A stretch of DNA of 64,000 nucleotides from Chara braunii (taxonomy: Eukaryota > Plantae > Charophyceae), in NCBI GenBank assembly GCA_003427395.1, contig BFEA01000022.1:5288289-5352288 (forward strand), given 5' to 3'. A program made the translations under genes and the position numbers. The notes under the pieces were generated by a model. That model did not search any database, was not told the DNA's origin, and saw only the letters and a list, made by a program, of their open reading frames with translations. Shown here piece after piece: positions 24,520-38,822 of this stretch (position 1 is the stretch's first letter; each line of letters opens with the position of its first letter).

Positions 24520-26800
24520 TTTTGCACAGAGGATCGTAGTTTCCGGATAGAGCGCCTAGCGCACGCGCGTCCGACAGAGGCACTAGACGGCACACGTCAC
24601 AGGTTGACATGTACTCCTGTCTGACCTGTGGTGAGCGAGTGAGGTGAGGGGACTTGCGTCCCTTCTATCACGTGTTCCCTGGGTTTCGCACAGAAGACTC
24701 CATAGCCACCGTGGTTGACAAACACGGTAAAAGGCATAGTGTGCATTGACTCCGGTCAATGCCGATGGTGTCAAGCGAAGAGAGCCCCTGGTAAGGCAAA
24801 GTGTGTGAATATTGGCGTCGTTCCAATCTATAGCTATCAGCATTGGTGCGTGGTGCCACGTCAGCGTCTGCATCTGGAAGGTCGACATTGTATCAATGAA
24901 GAAAGCAGCGTCACGGATGATAAGGTGAGGGGGATCGAGTCTCTTTTGTGTCACATGTTCCCTGCATTGGCATTCCAAATGCTTCATCATCTGTATCGTG
25001 AAGATTGAATGGCAGAGTGAAGGATGCCATGCCGGCGCCTGCGTCTGGAAGATCGACATTATATCAATAAAGACAGCAGCGTCACAGATGATAAGGTGAG
25101 TGAGGGGTATCGCGTCTCTTTTGTGTCGTATGTTCCCTGCATTGGCATTCCAAAGGCTTCATCATCTGCATCGTGAGGATTGAATGGCGGAGTGAAGGAT
25201 GATGATCAAAAGAACTGAGGGGGGGAAGGAGTAAAGTGGAAAGTGTATCGTTCATCCAGGCGATCGGATAGAGATCTGATTAGGAGAAGATTGAAGGTGA
25301 AGTGTATAAGGTAAGGTAGTATTAGCATTTCAAAGGTTTCGTCATAAGACATAATACTTATCAACATTGAGGACGAAAGTGCTAAAGTCTTAGTGTAGTT
25401 CAGGGCGAGGGGAAGGGAAGAGAAGGTGGAGTAGAGGAACTCCTACATTCGTCCCTGGAGTAAGCGCCTACCGCACGTGAGTCCGACAGAGGCACTAGAG
25501 GGCACACGTCACAAGTTGACGTGTACTCCCGTCTGACCTATGGTGAGCGCCCCCTGGGTTTCGCGCACAAGACTCCATAGCCACCGTCGTCGTCAAAAGG
25601 CATAGTGTACATAGACTCCGTCAACCGATGAGGGCGTCGTTCCAATCTATAGCTAATTAGTAATGGTGAGAGGAGCCACGTCAGCATCTGCGTCTAGAGG
25701 GTCGACATTGTATCAGTAAAGACAGCAGCGTCAACACTTTCGTGATTCGAGGAGACGAGCTGACATGCTCTCATGGATGATGAGGTGAAGGGGATCACGT
25801 CTCTTTTGTGTCACATATTCCCTGAAGTGTATGATGTAAGGCAGTATTAGCATTTCAAAGGTTTCGTCATAAGACAGAATACTTATCATCATTGAGGACG
25901 AAAGCGCAAATGCCTTAGTGTGGTTCAGGGTGAGGGGAAGGGAAGAGAAGGTGGAGTAGAGGAACTCCTACATTCGTCCCTGGAGTGAGCGCCTAGCGCA
26001 CGAGCATCCGAAAGAGGCACTAGACGGCACAAGTCACAGGCTGACGTGTACTCCCGTCTGACCTATGGAGAGCAGGTGAGGTGAAGGGACTTGCGTCCCT
26101 TCTATCACTTGTTCCCAGGGTTTCGCCCACAAGACTCCATAGCCACCATCGTCGTCAAAAGGCATAAGTGTACATAGACTCCGTCAAGCGAAGAGGGCGC
26201 CGTTCCAATCTATATCTAATTTGTATTGGTGAGCGGTGCCACGTCAGCGCCTGCAGGGTCGACATTGTATCAGTGAAGACAGCAGCATCAGAGCTTTCGT
26301 TGGTAACAGCACCCCTGGGAAAAAAAAAAAAAAAGCGTTGATTCGAGGTGACGAGTTGACGTGCTCTCATGAATAATGAGGTGAGGGGGATCGCGTCTCT
26401 TTTGTGTCAAATATTCCCTGCATTGGCATTCCAAAGGCTTCATCATCTGCATCGCGAGGATTGAATGGCGGAGCAAAGGATGATGATCAAGCGAACTGAG
26501 GGGGGAGGGAGTAAGTGGAAAATGTATCGTTTTTCCAGGCGATCGGATTGAGATCTGAAGGTGAGGTGGGGTTGAAGTAATATCGCAGTCTTCAGTATCA
26601 ATGCATGTTTCAGTATCGACATTCCAATGGTTTTGTCATCTGCATTGTGAGGATTGAAGGTGGTGAGAAGGATGATGGTCATGAGTACTAAGAGGTGAAA
26701 GGAGTAAGTGGAAAGTATATAGTTCGTTCTTGATGGTCATAACAACTGAGGGGGGGAAGGAGTAAGTGGAAAGAGTGATGTTCTCCCATGTGATCTAATT
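24520..26800 (+). repeat. Complex tandem array of long diverged monomers
   Basis: Block A (GAGCGCCTAGCGCACG...GAGGCACTAGACGGCAC) at about 24547, 25461 and 25987; block B (GTCGACATTGTATCA...TCTCTTTTGTGTCA...TTCCCTG) at about 24881, 25052, 25701 and 26258. Confidence 0.9.
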
Positions 26801-27364
26801 GAAATCTGATTGGGAGGATTAAAGGCGAAAAGAATGATGATAGTCACGTGTACTGAGATGGGGAGGGTGTAATATTATCAATAAGTATTAATTTTCCAAA
26901 TGAGTTTCGTCCACCTTTATTCGATTCATTTGATTTTCAATGTTTAGGCTGATGAAGAAGAAAATGACGAAATAAGAGGGTAAAGAAGTCAGGATCAGCA
27001 CATGCCAGACAAAGGGTGGACAGGGGTGAAGGTATACATGTAGATAGTAGTGAGTCTATCTGAAAGGCTAGAACAAGAGGAGAGTATAGGAGAGTGGATA
27101 ACGAGGGAAGAGGGAGGGAGGAAGCCGACGAAGAAAATCAAGGAGGGAGTTAACAAGCAAGGCAAGATCTGTCTTCTGAGGAATCGTCACAAGCTAAAGT
27201 CTGGGAGTATTTCAAGATAGAAGGAGGAGGGTAATATGTGCTTCAGGGCCACTTAAAGCTGGTACGTTAGGTCTCTTGCACTACCCATCCTTCCAACTCT
27301 CTAATACCTCATGATTGGTTCCTCCTACCCAGTGTGGGGTTCTTAATTGGACCCAACTGCCAGC

Positions 27365-27414
<50 letters not shown>

Positions 27415-28111
27415 AAAAGGGTGGGAGAAAAGAAACTAAGGGAATGAATTAGTCTTGAGGAATGAAATCAATAATTCATCTTATACTTTATTAATAGTTT
27501 AATTAGTTCTATTTATTGCACTCTTATTGTACTCTTTAGTAAACTTTACTATATTAACAGTAATCATTGACTCAACTCACAAAGAGCACAGTCTCTGCTG
27601 ATGGAATCAATAGCTTCGAGTGAAGTATTGAGAATTGAATTCTAGATCCTACGGCTTCAGCAAGTAACACCCCTGGGATAAATTGTCATAGCCAGTCTGT
27701 CTGTAACAGATTAGGCAAGGAAGGGGGGGATCTCCATTTTGGAATTCTTTGATATACCTCAGGAAAATATAATGAATTCCAGAAGACTGAAAGGGCCAGA
27801 TTCACTTCTATTTTACCAAGGCGCCATGCGCCACACCCTTTTTCGACAACTGGGCCCGTCCCCCTATAGGAGGCCATCAGGTCATCATGTAGGAAGGATG
27901 AGCGGCTTACTGGCCACTCAGGGAGATAATCCGGAAAGCCAACATCGAACATCGAAGGATGGAAATCGCAATGGAAGGGGGGGGGGAGAGGCATCTCTTC
28001 TTGATAAAACGTTGATCAAACGTTGAATATCAAACGCCCCACAGTTGGTCTTCCCGACACTCAAACAGAAGAACTGAAAGTGCCCTTACGAAATTTGTCG
28101 GCAGTCTCTTC

Positions 28112-31096
28112 TTGATAAACACAGATAAAACGTTGAATATCAAACGCTACACATTTGGTTTTCCCGACACTCAAACAGAAGAACTGAAAGTGCCCTTACG
28201 AAATTTGTCGGCGGTCAGGGCATACTTTCTCTCACTCTTTCTTTTACCGTCACAACAAATTATCTCTGAGCAAGGAGGAAGGAAGACATTAATGAAATCA
28301 TATCCAACAGATAAGTTGGTTCATAGAGATGCGATTTATTCTAAGCACGCGAGTAACTGTATTTTTTATGATGATTGTGCGTATAAGTCCATTAATGACA
28401 AGCTCAAATGGATATGCAAAAGACTCGAAGCTATGAAGGGGAATTCAGAGGCAGTGTCTGAATTTTTTTTAATACAACAAGTCTCCCCAACAGTATTCAC
28501 AATCCTTAGCCTATTTGAGCAGGACAAGAAGCAAATTGATGGATGAAAGAAGATATACTGGGACAGATCGGAAGTCAGAATATACCTATGGCAGCCTAGA
28601 AAGCTAAGCCCTGAGGAGAAGAGGGAACAAATGATGAAGGAATTTTACTGGGTAGAGTTTAGACATATTCCTCTTGAGGTGCAAGCGGCGTTCATACACG
28701 ATTTTGGACAGGAATATAAAATTGTAGATTTTATTGATACGCTTCCCACTTACGTCGCTAAAAGAGACGACCACCTGATGCTAGCTCTAGACTTACCCAA
28801 AGATCAGATGTTCTCTCTGGATGATATTGTCCTATTCAAGATGGGAGGCAGAATCTATCAGATTCACACTGCCCATAAATTCCGACCCTGGTGCTTTAAG
28901 TGTAAAGCTTACGGGCATCTTAGCACGGAATTTGCATGCCCAATGCATCCACAGCATGCAGCTCCACAAGGTCCCAAACTGAAAAGGGACCAGCAACGGC
29001 CACATAGATGGGTCCCAACGGCTCAGGGATATGAAGGCTGGATTTTCAGTGATGAATTAAACCAAGCGGGACAACAAATAGGATGGTTTTGGGAAGGAAG
29101 GGGGGATTTTCGCAAGGTTCCAAGGCCACCTGCAGACTGGGTTCCACCTCAGTCCTCGCTTCATGGATCACAAGCTGGACAGCTAAAGGGTAAGGGTGGG
29201 CAAAATGCCAGTTCCCTGCAGGCAGGGCATCCCAATCAGGAACTAATGGTCCAGGCCATCTTCTCGGGAAAGGGGGGAACGAGGTCAAGTCACAATGCAG
29301 GAGTATCAACTGCTGGAGGTTCGTCTGGTGGAGGAAGTGAAAAGGGAAAAACTACGGACAATAATTCAAAGTTTATAGGTCCATCGGCAGCAGCAGACTT
29401 ACCTTCCATGAGCCCGCATCCAGGGAAAAAATGGAAAGAAGTTTGGCGAAAAGGAAGAAGTGATGAAAATCAGGAAGTGACCTCAGTAATTCAACTCACA
29501 CAATTGTCACACGCATCACACTCATCACAGGCCTCACAATCTGCTCATTCTGATCAGCCAGTACCAATGGAACAGGGGGTACAAACTACAAATAAATTTC
29601 AACTTTTTGTACATGAGGATCAGATGGAGGAACTGGGGGAAACGAAAAATCTATCTAATAGAAGCAGTATGGTCGGGGATATCAAGGAACACGACAAAAA
29701 AAAATCAATACAGTCAGAGGACCCTATGGACATAGATCCTTTCAAAGAGGCCTTTGGGAGTGATGCTATGGAAGTTGATCAGGCTGTGGCACCACCGCCG
29801 ACACTACTAATAGCAAACAAAGAAACAGATTTATCTACAGGTCTTCAAACAGAGTTATTAAAAGTTGCACATTGGTTATTAGAGATGGTTTGGGATGAGG
29901 TCTATAGGCAACTTATTCCCATGCTTGAAAACAGCCCTAGCCTAAAGATAGTGATAGAACAAGGACCCAAGCAAGGTATGAACTGGGATGACATTTGTAA
30001 CCGTCTCTTGCATATTGTTCTAATTCGTTTTCACCCACCCGATGGGAAAGATCCTAATGATCTATTGGAGGGAGCAAGGGGATATCCAATGATAACTACC
30101 CCTAGATTGGAGGGGAACCATCAGGAGGGTGAGGATAAGGGTAAAGGAAAGAAGGAGGAACAAGAGGATCAAGGAAATCTTGATTTGCCCAATGCAGACT
30201 TAGGGATGACAGATGGAGTATCCCAGAATGAAGAACAAAGTGAACAAAACGATAAGAAGGATACAGACGAGGAGACTTTTAACGAGAATATAAAAGCTAT
30301 CACAATTTATAAAGAAGCAGTGCAGTTTACGGAAGTCACCTCTGAAGTAACTGGTGAGAAGAAATTAATGGTCATCAACTGTAAAGGAGTAGAATTGAGC
30401 ACAAACAAGATTGAGCAAACAACAAAGGAAGCAGATAAGATGGAAGTTGCTGCTAAACAAGATCAAGAGAATGGACAGGTTGTGGACCTAACCGACGAAT
30501 CAGAAATACCGGTGTCATCCGTAAATGACATTTTCATGCAAATATCTGAGTTGACAAGTAAGAGACAGAATTTAAGACACAGGATGTTGATGGGTCAAGG
30601 GGAGATGTCTACTTCTAAGGAGGGAATAGTAATCCTTCCAGTAAGGAGGAAAGAGGATATGTGGGAGGTAGGGTTGTCATAACCTCCAGGGGCAGTTTAT
30701 GGAGAGATTACTATTCTAGGCATTTCCTCTTTGATCCTCTCCATCTCTTTAGACTCAGGAGATAAGGAGGGGGTAACGCTAAGTCAACAACAAATTTTCA
30801 GTTACATCAAAGAATACTTTCCGAATGGAGTAATATCCATGTTCACACTCCTCACAACATCACAAAAGATAGCGGAAAAGGATGTCTACCTCAAATATGA
30901 CACCTCAAAACAGGTAAATCTACGATGGATGGGGCATGAAGCTCTTAAAGAATTGCAGCTTTTAAAGGTTAAAGCTAGCAATTTTTTGTCTGAGACAGAC
31001 GTCAACACCGTCCTTATGAGACTTTTGAGAAAGAACACATTGGATATAGGTGGAGTATTGGATCAGGGTGTTTGGCTATCTTTGAGCGCATCATGA
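28112..31096 (+). pseudogene. LINE ORF1 protein (zinc knuckle); 683-aa open stretch at 28631-30682
   Basis: WCFKCKAYGHLSTEFAC knuckle preceded by YWVEFRHIPLE; interrupted at 28546 and 30682. Confidence 0.8.
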
Positions 31097-31239
31097 CACC
31101 TTTTCCCAATACATCTTTCTAATAATTTCCTTCCTCTGTAAATAGATTAAAATATTTGTAGAGTCAAATGGGGGGAATTAAAGTAATAAACGCACTATAT
31201 AATAAGCATAAGGAATTAAAATCTCTAAAAGGAATGCAG

Positions 31240-34200
31240 ACTTGGATCTACGGTTGTTTAATGTTAATGGACTGGCCTCAGCTCAACAAACAAAAAAACA
31301 AGCAATTTATGATCAGATAAAAGGAATTGGGGGAAGAGACTGACCCGATGTAATATGTATCCAGGAAACTCATCTCATGAATACGGATACACATCATCAT
31401 ACACATAAAGCAATATGGCCTCACCTAGCTTTCAGAGCCCATGCACCGAAACCTGGTAGTGCAGGTGTGGCTATTTGGATTCCCCCTCATTCTAGGGCAG
31501 ACCCCATTTATGCGGAGGTAGACAAGAAGGATGGGAGATGGGCTTTTGTTCTAGTAATGCTTCAATTGGAAGTAGTATGTATTCTATGTGAATATGGGCC
31601 TAATAATATTAGAGAAAAACAAAAAAAAATTGATTCATCGCTTCCGCATCTTCCACAAGGGATCCCGGTTACTGTAGCTGGGAACTTCAATGCAACTCCG
31701 AATAGACAACTTGATCGATGGCACATTTCATCCCCATGTCCAATATATATTGAGTCAGATGAGATAATCATAAATAATCTATGTCATTCCCTCAACCTTT
31801 TTTATTCTTATAGACGACTTAATCCTACTTAGAGGCGGTTCTCCTACTTTAGGAAAGGTCAATTTAGTCAAGGGTCCAAATCTCGTATTGATCTAATTTT
31901 AATGTCTGAAGCACTTCAAGGAGCAATACAGTGTGCTGAGATTTTCCCGCAAAGTGCGTTTCCAGGTTTAGATCATGTTATGTGTGTTGCAGTCCTCTCA
32001 TTCAGAAAAAAAACAGATCAAGGGAAGGGATTCTATAAACTTAATACATCTCATTTAAAGATTGATAACTTTATTTCTTATCTCAAGGATGTGTGGTCCT
32101 TTTGGCGTAACCAGAGGGAGCTCATTCAAGATGACATAATTTGGTTCAACAACGGCTTAGCATTTTTAGGTCGTAAATGCAATGAATACTCTAAGCTCCT
32201 AGCCTTACAAAGATATTCTAAAGAAACAAACTTGCCACAGAGAATCCAACAACTCCAACAACAGGAGAATGAATCCAAGGAATTAAGAACTTTAGAACCT
32301 TTAGCAAAAGAAATTAAAGAACTGGAGGATCAATTGCTGACATTAATGAAATACAGGTGGCAATGAATAAGGATTAGAGGTAAGCTGAGGAAACACCAAA
32401 TGGAAGGGGAGATGGATGCAAGGTTTTTTTTTATGGCAAAAATTAACTCTGGTCGCACAGTTATTGAAGTCCTAGAAGACCCCACATATAAGAATGCTCC
32501 ATTGGTCACATCCTCAGCAGCATGTATGAAGATAGTCAGGGATTTCTATCAGAATCTCTTTAAGTCAGAAACTAAAAATATTCCGGAGAATCAAAGAACG
32601 CAGGAAATAAATTATTTTCTTAAACTATTGACTAAATCACTAACAAAAGTTAAAAAAAAAAAGTTAGAATTGTCTATTTCAAAAGAGGAAATATGGACAG
32701 CTTTAATGTTAATGGAAGAAGAGAAGACACCTGACATTGATGGTCTTCCCAAATAATTTTGAGAAACCTTATGGGAATTCCTCTCTCAAGACGTCATGGA
32801 CTTCTATAAGGCAGTTTGGTCGTCTGAACAAGTAGGGGAATTTGTAAGACAATTAATACTAACTCTTCTATATAAAAAAAGGGGATAAAACCAACATTCG
32901 AAACTATCGCCCTATAAATCTCTTGACAGTAGTTTATAAACTAATGGCTAAAGCTCTAGCCAATAGACTATCCAAGGTCATCGCTGAAATTATACATCCT
33001 GAACAAACCAGGTTCATTACAGGAAGAAATATTCAAGACAATATATTATTAGTTAATGAACTAATTAGGGTATTACGTCAATCTAAAAATAATGCAGCCT
33101 TCATATTTATAGATTTTGAAAAAGCTTATGACCATGTGGACTGACTTTTTCTAGACAAATGCTTGAAAAAATTTAACTTTGGTCCAAACTTCAGAAAATG
33201 GGTGAAAGTACTGCATAAGAATGCTACCACTAGGGTAATGGTAAATGGTAATTTAGCCCCCCCTATCTCCTTACAGAGATCAGTAAGACAGGGAGACCCA
33301 ATTGCCCCATTTCTGTTTGTCATAATTATCGAGGTCCTGGCAGCTAAACCTTAGACGACATAAAGACATTAAAAGAATTCAAGTGTCATCTATTCCAAAG
33401 GATGTCATTCCGGTTTGCTCTCTCTTTGCTGATGATCTCTCCCTAATGGTAGAAGCATTAAAGGAAAATTTAGAGGAAATAAGAAGGCTAATGGATAAAT
33501 TTTGTAGGCTGTCTGATGTGAGGATTAATTGGGGTAACAAGACGATGGGTTGGTGGATTCATCATCAAGAAGTAAGACCCCCTGAATTCCCAAAAGTGAA
33601 ATGACTCTCATTAGATACGCCCATTACAGTATTAGGAATTTCCCTATCACCAGCAGGAAAACCATCAACCAACAATGAGAGTATAATTAAACAAACATAT
33701 GCTAAGTTGGAACTCTGGAAGGGCAAACAAACCTCTCTCTTTGGGGGCACTCTGGTGATTAACAATGTGGTCTTAGCCTCGATCTTGTATAAATCAGCAA
33801 TATGGGCCCTGGATAAGAAAGTATTAAAGGTTCTGCAACGTCAATTATCAGTCTTTTTATGGAGAGGAAATCATGAGCTTGATAAGGTAATTAGTAGGGT
33901 GGCATGACAATCGGTGATACAACCTAAGACTCGAGGTGGATTGAGTATCATTGATCCTTCTTTACAAGTCATGGCCTTATCAGTTCAATGGATTAAACGT
34001 CTACTCTTTAATTCCCAGACCCCTTGGAGTGATTTGGCATGAGAACAGATTAGACGTCTAGCCCCGATAACACCAGATGAAATAGATCCCATGATGTGGC
34101 TAGAAAATAGATCGTGGCCTATACCAAAAGGTACATTGAATGGACTACTTGACCAATGTGTATCAGACAGGAGAGCGACAATAATGGACTTGCATAACGA

Positions 34201-35648
34201 TGCATTTTGGCATAATCTCATCAAAACATGGAGGAAATTACCACTAACAGATCCAAATCCTCCTGAAAGATGGGAGGAAGTAAGTCAGCAACCACTCTTT
34301 GATAATTTCCTTCTTAAAGATCACTGTACGGATTCCCCCTGGAAGGGGTGGGTTAAAAATTGTATTGTTAGGATAAAAGATATCTGGGACAGTGAAAAAA
34401 GAGAATGGATCACAACCGCACAATTACAGACTCATCTCAGATATTGTCATAATTATGAGAAAGCCTTATAAAATATAATTGATTGGATACCATTGGATTG
34501 GGTAAGGATTCTGAAAAAGGGACCTCAGTTAATGGAAAGTGATTGGGCGGCTATAAAAGATCATCCAAATGTCTTAGGTAATATTGTTGCAGTGTTGGAT
34601 AGAGGGGAGGTTCTCCTCACCACATATGAAATGGATAGCAACCTCTATAGTATAATTAATGACCAGAACAGTATAAGAAGGGTAACAAAAGATCAGTTAT
34701 TCAGGATCAGAGTACTGAGGCAAAAAGACAAATGGATAGCTTTTAAACCTAAAATACCCATAAGTCATCTGGCCCTAAATCCGGTCAATTGGAAGTGGTC
34801 TAATACAAGAAAAAAATATGCAAAGTACTCTTGTGCTCTCCATACATTATCAGTAAAATCCACCTACAGGATGCTTCGCCCAAGAATCATCTTAATGGAT
34901 AAAGTAGAGGAAAGATGGATGAAGCATCTTAATATTAATAAATAAACATTAAGAAAGGTAAGATGGTTCAGTAAGACCAAAATTAAGCCTACAAAAGTGG
35001 CTTCACTACAATGGCAAATGGAACATAGGTGCCTACCTACAAACAACTGGATTATAGACAGGACAAATTTGGAACAAAAAGGAATAGCGCTTCCTTGGTG
35101 TAAAATTTGTAAGTCTGCATTTCCAACTAAATTAATTCCTGAAACAATTGAGCATATCTTCCTTCAATGTCCCGGGGCTATTTGGCTTTGGAGGTGGTCG
35201 GACCGAATATGGTCTAATCTAGAAACACAAATCCAGTGGCCATGGGACTGGAGAACCCTTCTCTTGGAATCTTGGTACCCTGACTCTGTTGACGAATTCT
35301 CACAAAACTTATTCAACATGGGTAAAAGAGCAGTATTATTGGCTATATGGTTAAGAAGATGTACATATGAAATGGAAGGAGTAAGGCTTGATGGACCTGA
35401 ATTCAATGACACAGTTAAACAACAAATACAAACAGACATCATTTTAAGATGAGAACAGTGTAAAGAAAAGGTAAAATTCTTATCTTCAAAAAAAGAAATA
35501 CTTCAACACATTCAACGATTCAACCAATGCTGGCTAGGAGGAACCCATGGGGCAAAGATAGGGAAGGTTAAATGGGAAGGGGCAAAGAGAAGTGAAGAAG
35601 AGGAACTGAGTCGATATTATTACCTTGCTTTAATGATTGGACTGTGAT
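31240..35648 (+). pseudogene. LINE ORF2 (APE endonuclease, reverse transcriptase, zf-RVT)
   Basis: NVNGL, DVICIQETH, AGNFNA, SRIDLIL, DH; NYRPINLL, FIDFEKAYDHVD, RQGDPIAP, LFADDL; WCKIC...ETIEHIFLQCP; many stops and frameshifts. Confidence 0.95.
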
Positions 35649-37494
35649 AGACCCAGTAATCCCCTTACGACCAGTATCGGATTTCCCAGACCCCTTTCCC
35701 CCCTCAGCTTTGAGTATGGTCTCAGGAGCTTGGTATGGGTATGAATAATACTATGGAGGTTCTCTCTCAAAGCTGAGTCTGGTCTCAAGTGTTAGGTATG
35801 GAAATAAACAAAGTTGAGACTAGGGTTGAGCCTGTAATTGCAGGATGGGTAGATAATAAAGGTGAAGTGCTAGGGTAATGTTGTTTGAATCTGGCGCCCT
35901 TTCGTGGTGAAGAGGCACTTTTATTTCCATTCATGTTGTCAAGGGACGCTGGACCCGGTTTCCAGCAGGTGAAGCTCCCCACCAATAGAAGGAGCCGTTG
36001 TTTTTAATTAAAAGAAAAAAAAGGGTAAACTACTAATCTAGGATTAGAAAGAATAGGATGGGGATTGGTGTGTTTCTTTGTGAATAGTTGGGCAGCAGTG
36101 GTTACTTTCCTTCAATAGCTAGCCTTCTTTTTTAGCTTGTGTTCGGCTTTCGAGGGCCTTGGGGGCTTTCTTTGTTGTTTCCCAGGGTTGGGATGTGTCA
36201 GGGCAGCGGTCCGGAATTGGCCATTCTGCTTCTAGACCATTGTGTCCCAAGGCCTGCACCTAAACTGGGTAATGGTCCCAGTAATTTGCTCCGGGTTTGT
36301 TGAGGTTTTCCCGGCCTCCTTTTTTTGGTGTGGTAATATGAATGAGCAGAGTTTCTCTTGTAAAAAAAAAAAACAAAAAAACAAATGGTGCCCTCTTGAA
36401 CTCAAGTCACTTCTGGGAGGTGACTTGAATTCAAGGGCGATTTTGGCTGGGCCACCCTTGGTTTTCAAGGGCGTGCCCTTGGGAGGCAAAATGTGAAAAC
36501 AAAGCGGGTCGCTCTAAGGCGGGGTTGGAGCGATGATTTTTCGCTTCGCTCTTGAACTCAAGTGGTGTGGAACGAGGCCCTTATCAGCCGCAGCGCTCTA
36601 GAGCAGAGGGGTCGAAGATCCCGAGGGAGTGAAGGAGGAGGGAGGAAGAGAAGTAGATGAGCGACAAAAGTAGAAAAGGTAGAGAGTAGAACATCCATCA
36701 TTATATCATTTTATGTTTTATATTTATATATGTTAGGTAGACTTGCAAGTTGCAACACTGCCATTGATCTCCTGCCATTGATCTCCTGGGCTCGCTCGCT
36801 TTCAAGTTGTTCTCCCGCCCCCGATAGTCGAGTGTGAGCAGTTTTGGACGGGTCCCCGCACTAGCAAGTTCCCCTCAAAGGGGGAAGTAAATAGAGCAGG
36901 TGGAGAGGAGGGTGAACGGTGGACATCGGAGCTTCAGGGCGAGAGTCTGATTCTGTCCTTCAGAGATGTCGAAAAAAACAGAGCTATTTGGCAGTCTTGT
37001 CCGATATGGCGACAAGAGCACGCAGGTGCGTTGGAACTCCGCTCTTGTCCCTCGCAAGGACTTGCTCTCTCTCTCTCTCTCTCTCTCTCTGCCTCCCGGA
37101 CCACCATGACCACGACCCACAAACACAGTGTCACACATCTACACACACACACACACGCGCGCGCGCACTCACGCACTCACGCACTCACGCACTCACGCAC
37201 GCACGAACACAATCACCTGGCAACGCCATAATAGCGAGATCCCTCGAGTTGTTCGGCTAGATCCGGCAGCAAGTACAAGGAGGAGCGGAGCGAGCCGGAC
37301 CGCCATAATAACGAGATCCTACATCTACTTTATTATGATGTGCTAAAATTAGTACCAAGGTGCATGGAATAGTTTTGTACAAGTTTATATCTCTTCTCGC
37401 GTGAAATGATGTGTTAGCTACTGTGATGATCGATGTGAAATAGGCTTCGAGAACAGTAGCTCATCCACCTCAGGGTCACTTGAAAAATGATTAA

Positions 37495-37666
37495 CTGAAT
37501 GACTGCCGAATGAATGATTGGATCAATGAATGAACGAGTGAATGAATGAAGGAATGATTTGACCAATGAATGAATGATTGATTGGATAAATGAATGAGAC
37601 TGATTGATCAATAAATGAATGAACAAATGAATGAATGAACGAACGATGGGTGTGTGTCTTTTTGAC

Positions 37667-37727
<61 letters not shown>
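37495..37727. repeat. (TGAA)n-like and (TG)n microsatellites
   Basis: Direct reading. Confidence 0.95.
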
Positions 37728-37732
<5 letters not shown>

Positions 37733-38077
37733 CAAAAGAACAAACCTTTGGGCAGCATAGGCGGCTGGCGAGTGGCCGCGCTTTGTTTGTTTGTTTGTTT
37801 CCTTCTTTCTTTTTTTTGTCTAATAAATTAGGGACCATGCTAATCTTCTTTCTCTCTATCGTTCCAATGTTGACGGTTCTCCCGAAGGACAGGTTTATGT
37901 ATCACTCTGTTCTCCTCGTTTTTTTTTTACCGTAGAGAGTCTCGAATAAGATTAAAAAAATTAAAAAATAAGTTATTAAGAAGTAAGCACTGCACGAGCA
38001 AGTTAAATTGTTGTGACGTCACTTACTTCGATGACGCTGGATGTCACAAAATTCGAAATGCGTGCTTTTCTTTTCTT

Positions 38078-38468
38078 NNNNNNNNNNNNNNNNNNNNNNN
38101 NNNNNNNNNNNNNNNNNNNNNNNNNNNNNNNNNNNNNNNNNNNNNNNNNNNNNNNNNNNNNNNNNNNNNNNNNNNNNNNNNNNNNNNNNNNNNNNNNNNN
38201 NNNNNNNNNNNNNNNNNNNNNNNNNNNNNNNNNNNNNNNNNNNNNNNNNNNNNNNNNNNNNNNNNNNNNNNNNNNNNNNNNNNNNNNNNNNNNNNNNNNN
38301 NNNNNNNNNNNNNNNNNNNNNNNNNNNNNNNNNNNNNNNNNNNNNNNNNNNNNNNNNNNNNNNNNNNNNNNNNNNNNNNNNNNNNNNNNNNNNNNNNNNN
38401 NNNNNNNNNNNNNNNNNNNNNNNNNNNNNNNNNNNNNNNNNNNNNNNNNNNNNNNNNNNNNNNNNNNN
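38078..38468. other. Assembly gap
   Basis: Run of N. Confidence 1.
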
Positions 38469-38822
38469 TAGTTGAACGTCAGGGTGCAGACCCGCAATTC
38501 GGGAAAATATTGCAATTTTACGCATCAGGCAAATCTATGGCTCTACCGCCTCGATCCATAACAATAGAGTGCTCTTGTAAATTATGGCCTTTTCCCGGAA
38601 TGTATGCATTTTTGTTTTTCTCCGGTTTTTTTTTTTTGTTTTTGTTTTTTCTGTAGTTGAACGTCAGGGTGCAGACCTGCAATTCGGGAAAATATTGCAA
38701 TTTTACGCATCAGGCTAATCTATGGCTCTACCGCCTCGATCGAGAACAATAGAGTGCTCTTGTAAATTATGGCCTTCCCCCGGAATGTATGCATTTTTGT
38801 TTTTCTCCGGTTTTTGTTTTTT
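38469..38822. repeat. 185-bp tandem repeat (two copies visible beside the gap)
   Basis: TAGTTGAACGTCAGGGTGCAGAC at 38469 and 38654, near-identical continuation. Confidence 0.93.

Larger units (their letters stand above)
27600..36022 (+). mobile_element. Near full-length decayed L1/Tx1-type non-LTR retrotransposon
   Basis: ORF1 with zinc knuckle, then APE-RT-zinc finger ORF2; A-rich tail near 36010; ends approximate. Confidence 0.93.

Noticed and set aside
25860-25905. Hammerhead ribozyme in the tandem monomers (TGATGA...GAAAC on the minus strand)
   Set aside because: The core reads ATGATGA rather than CTGATGA, and GAAA does not directly follow the putative stem II.
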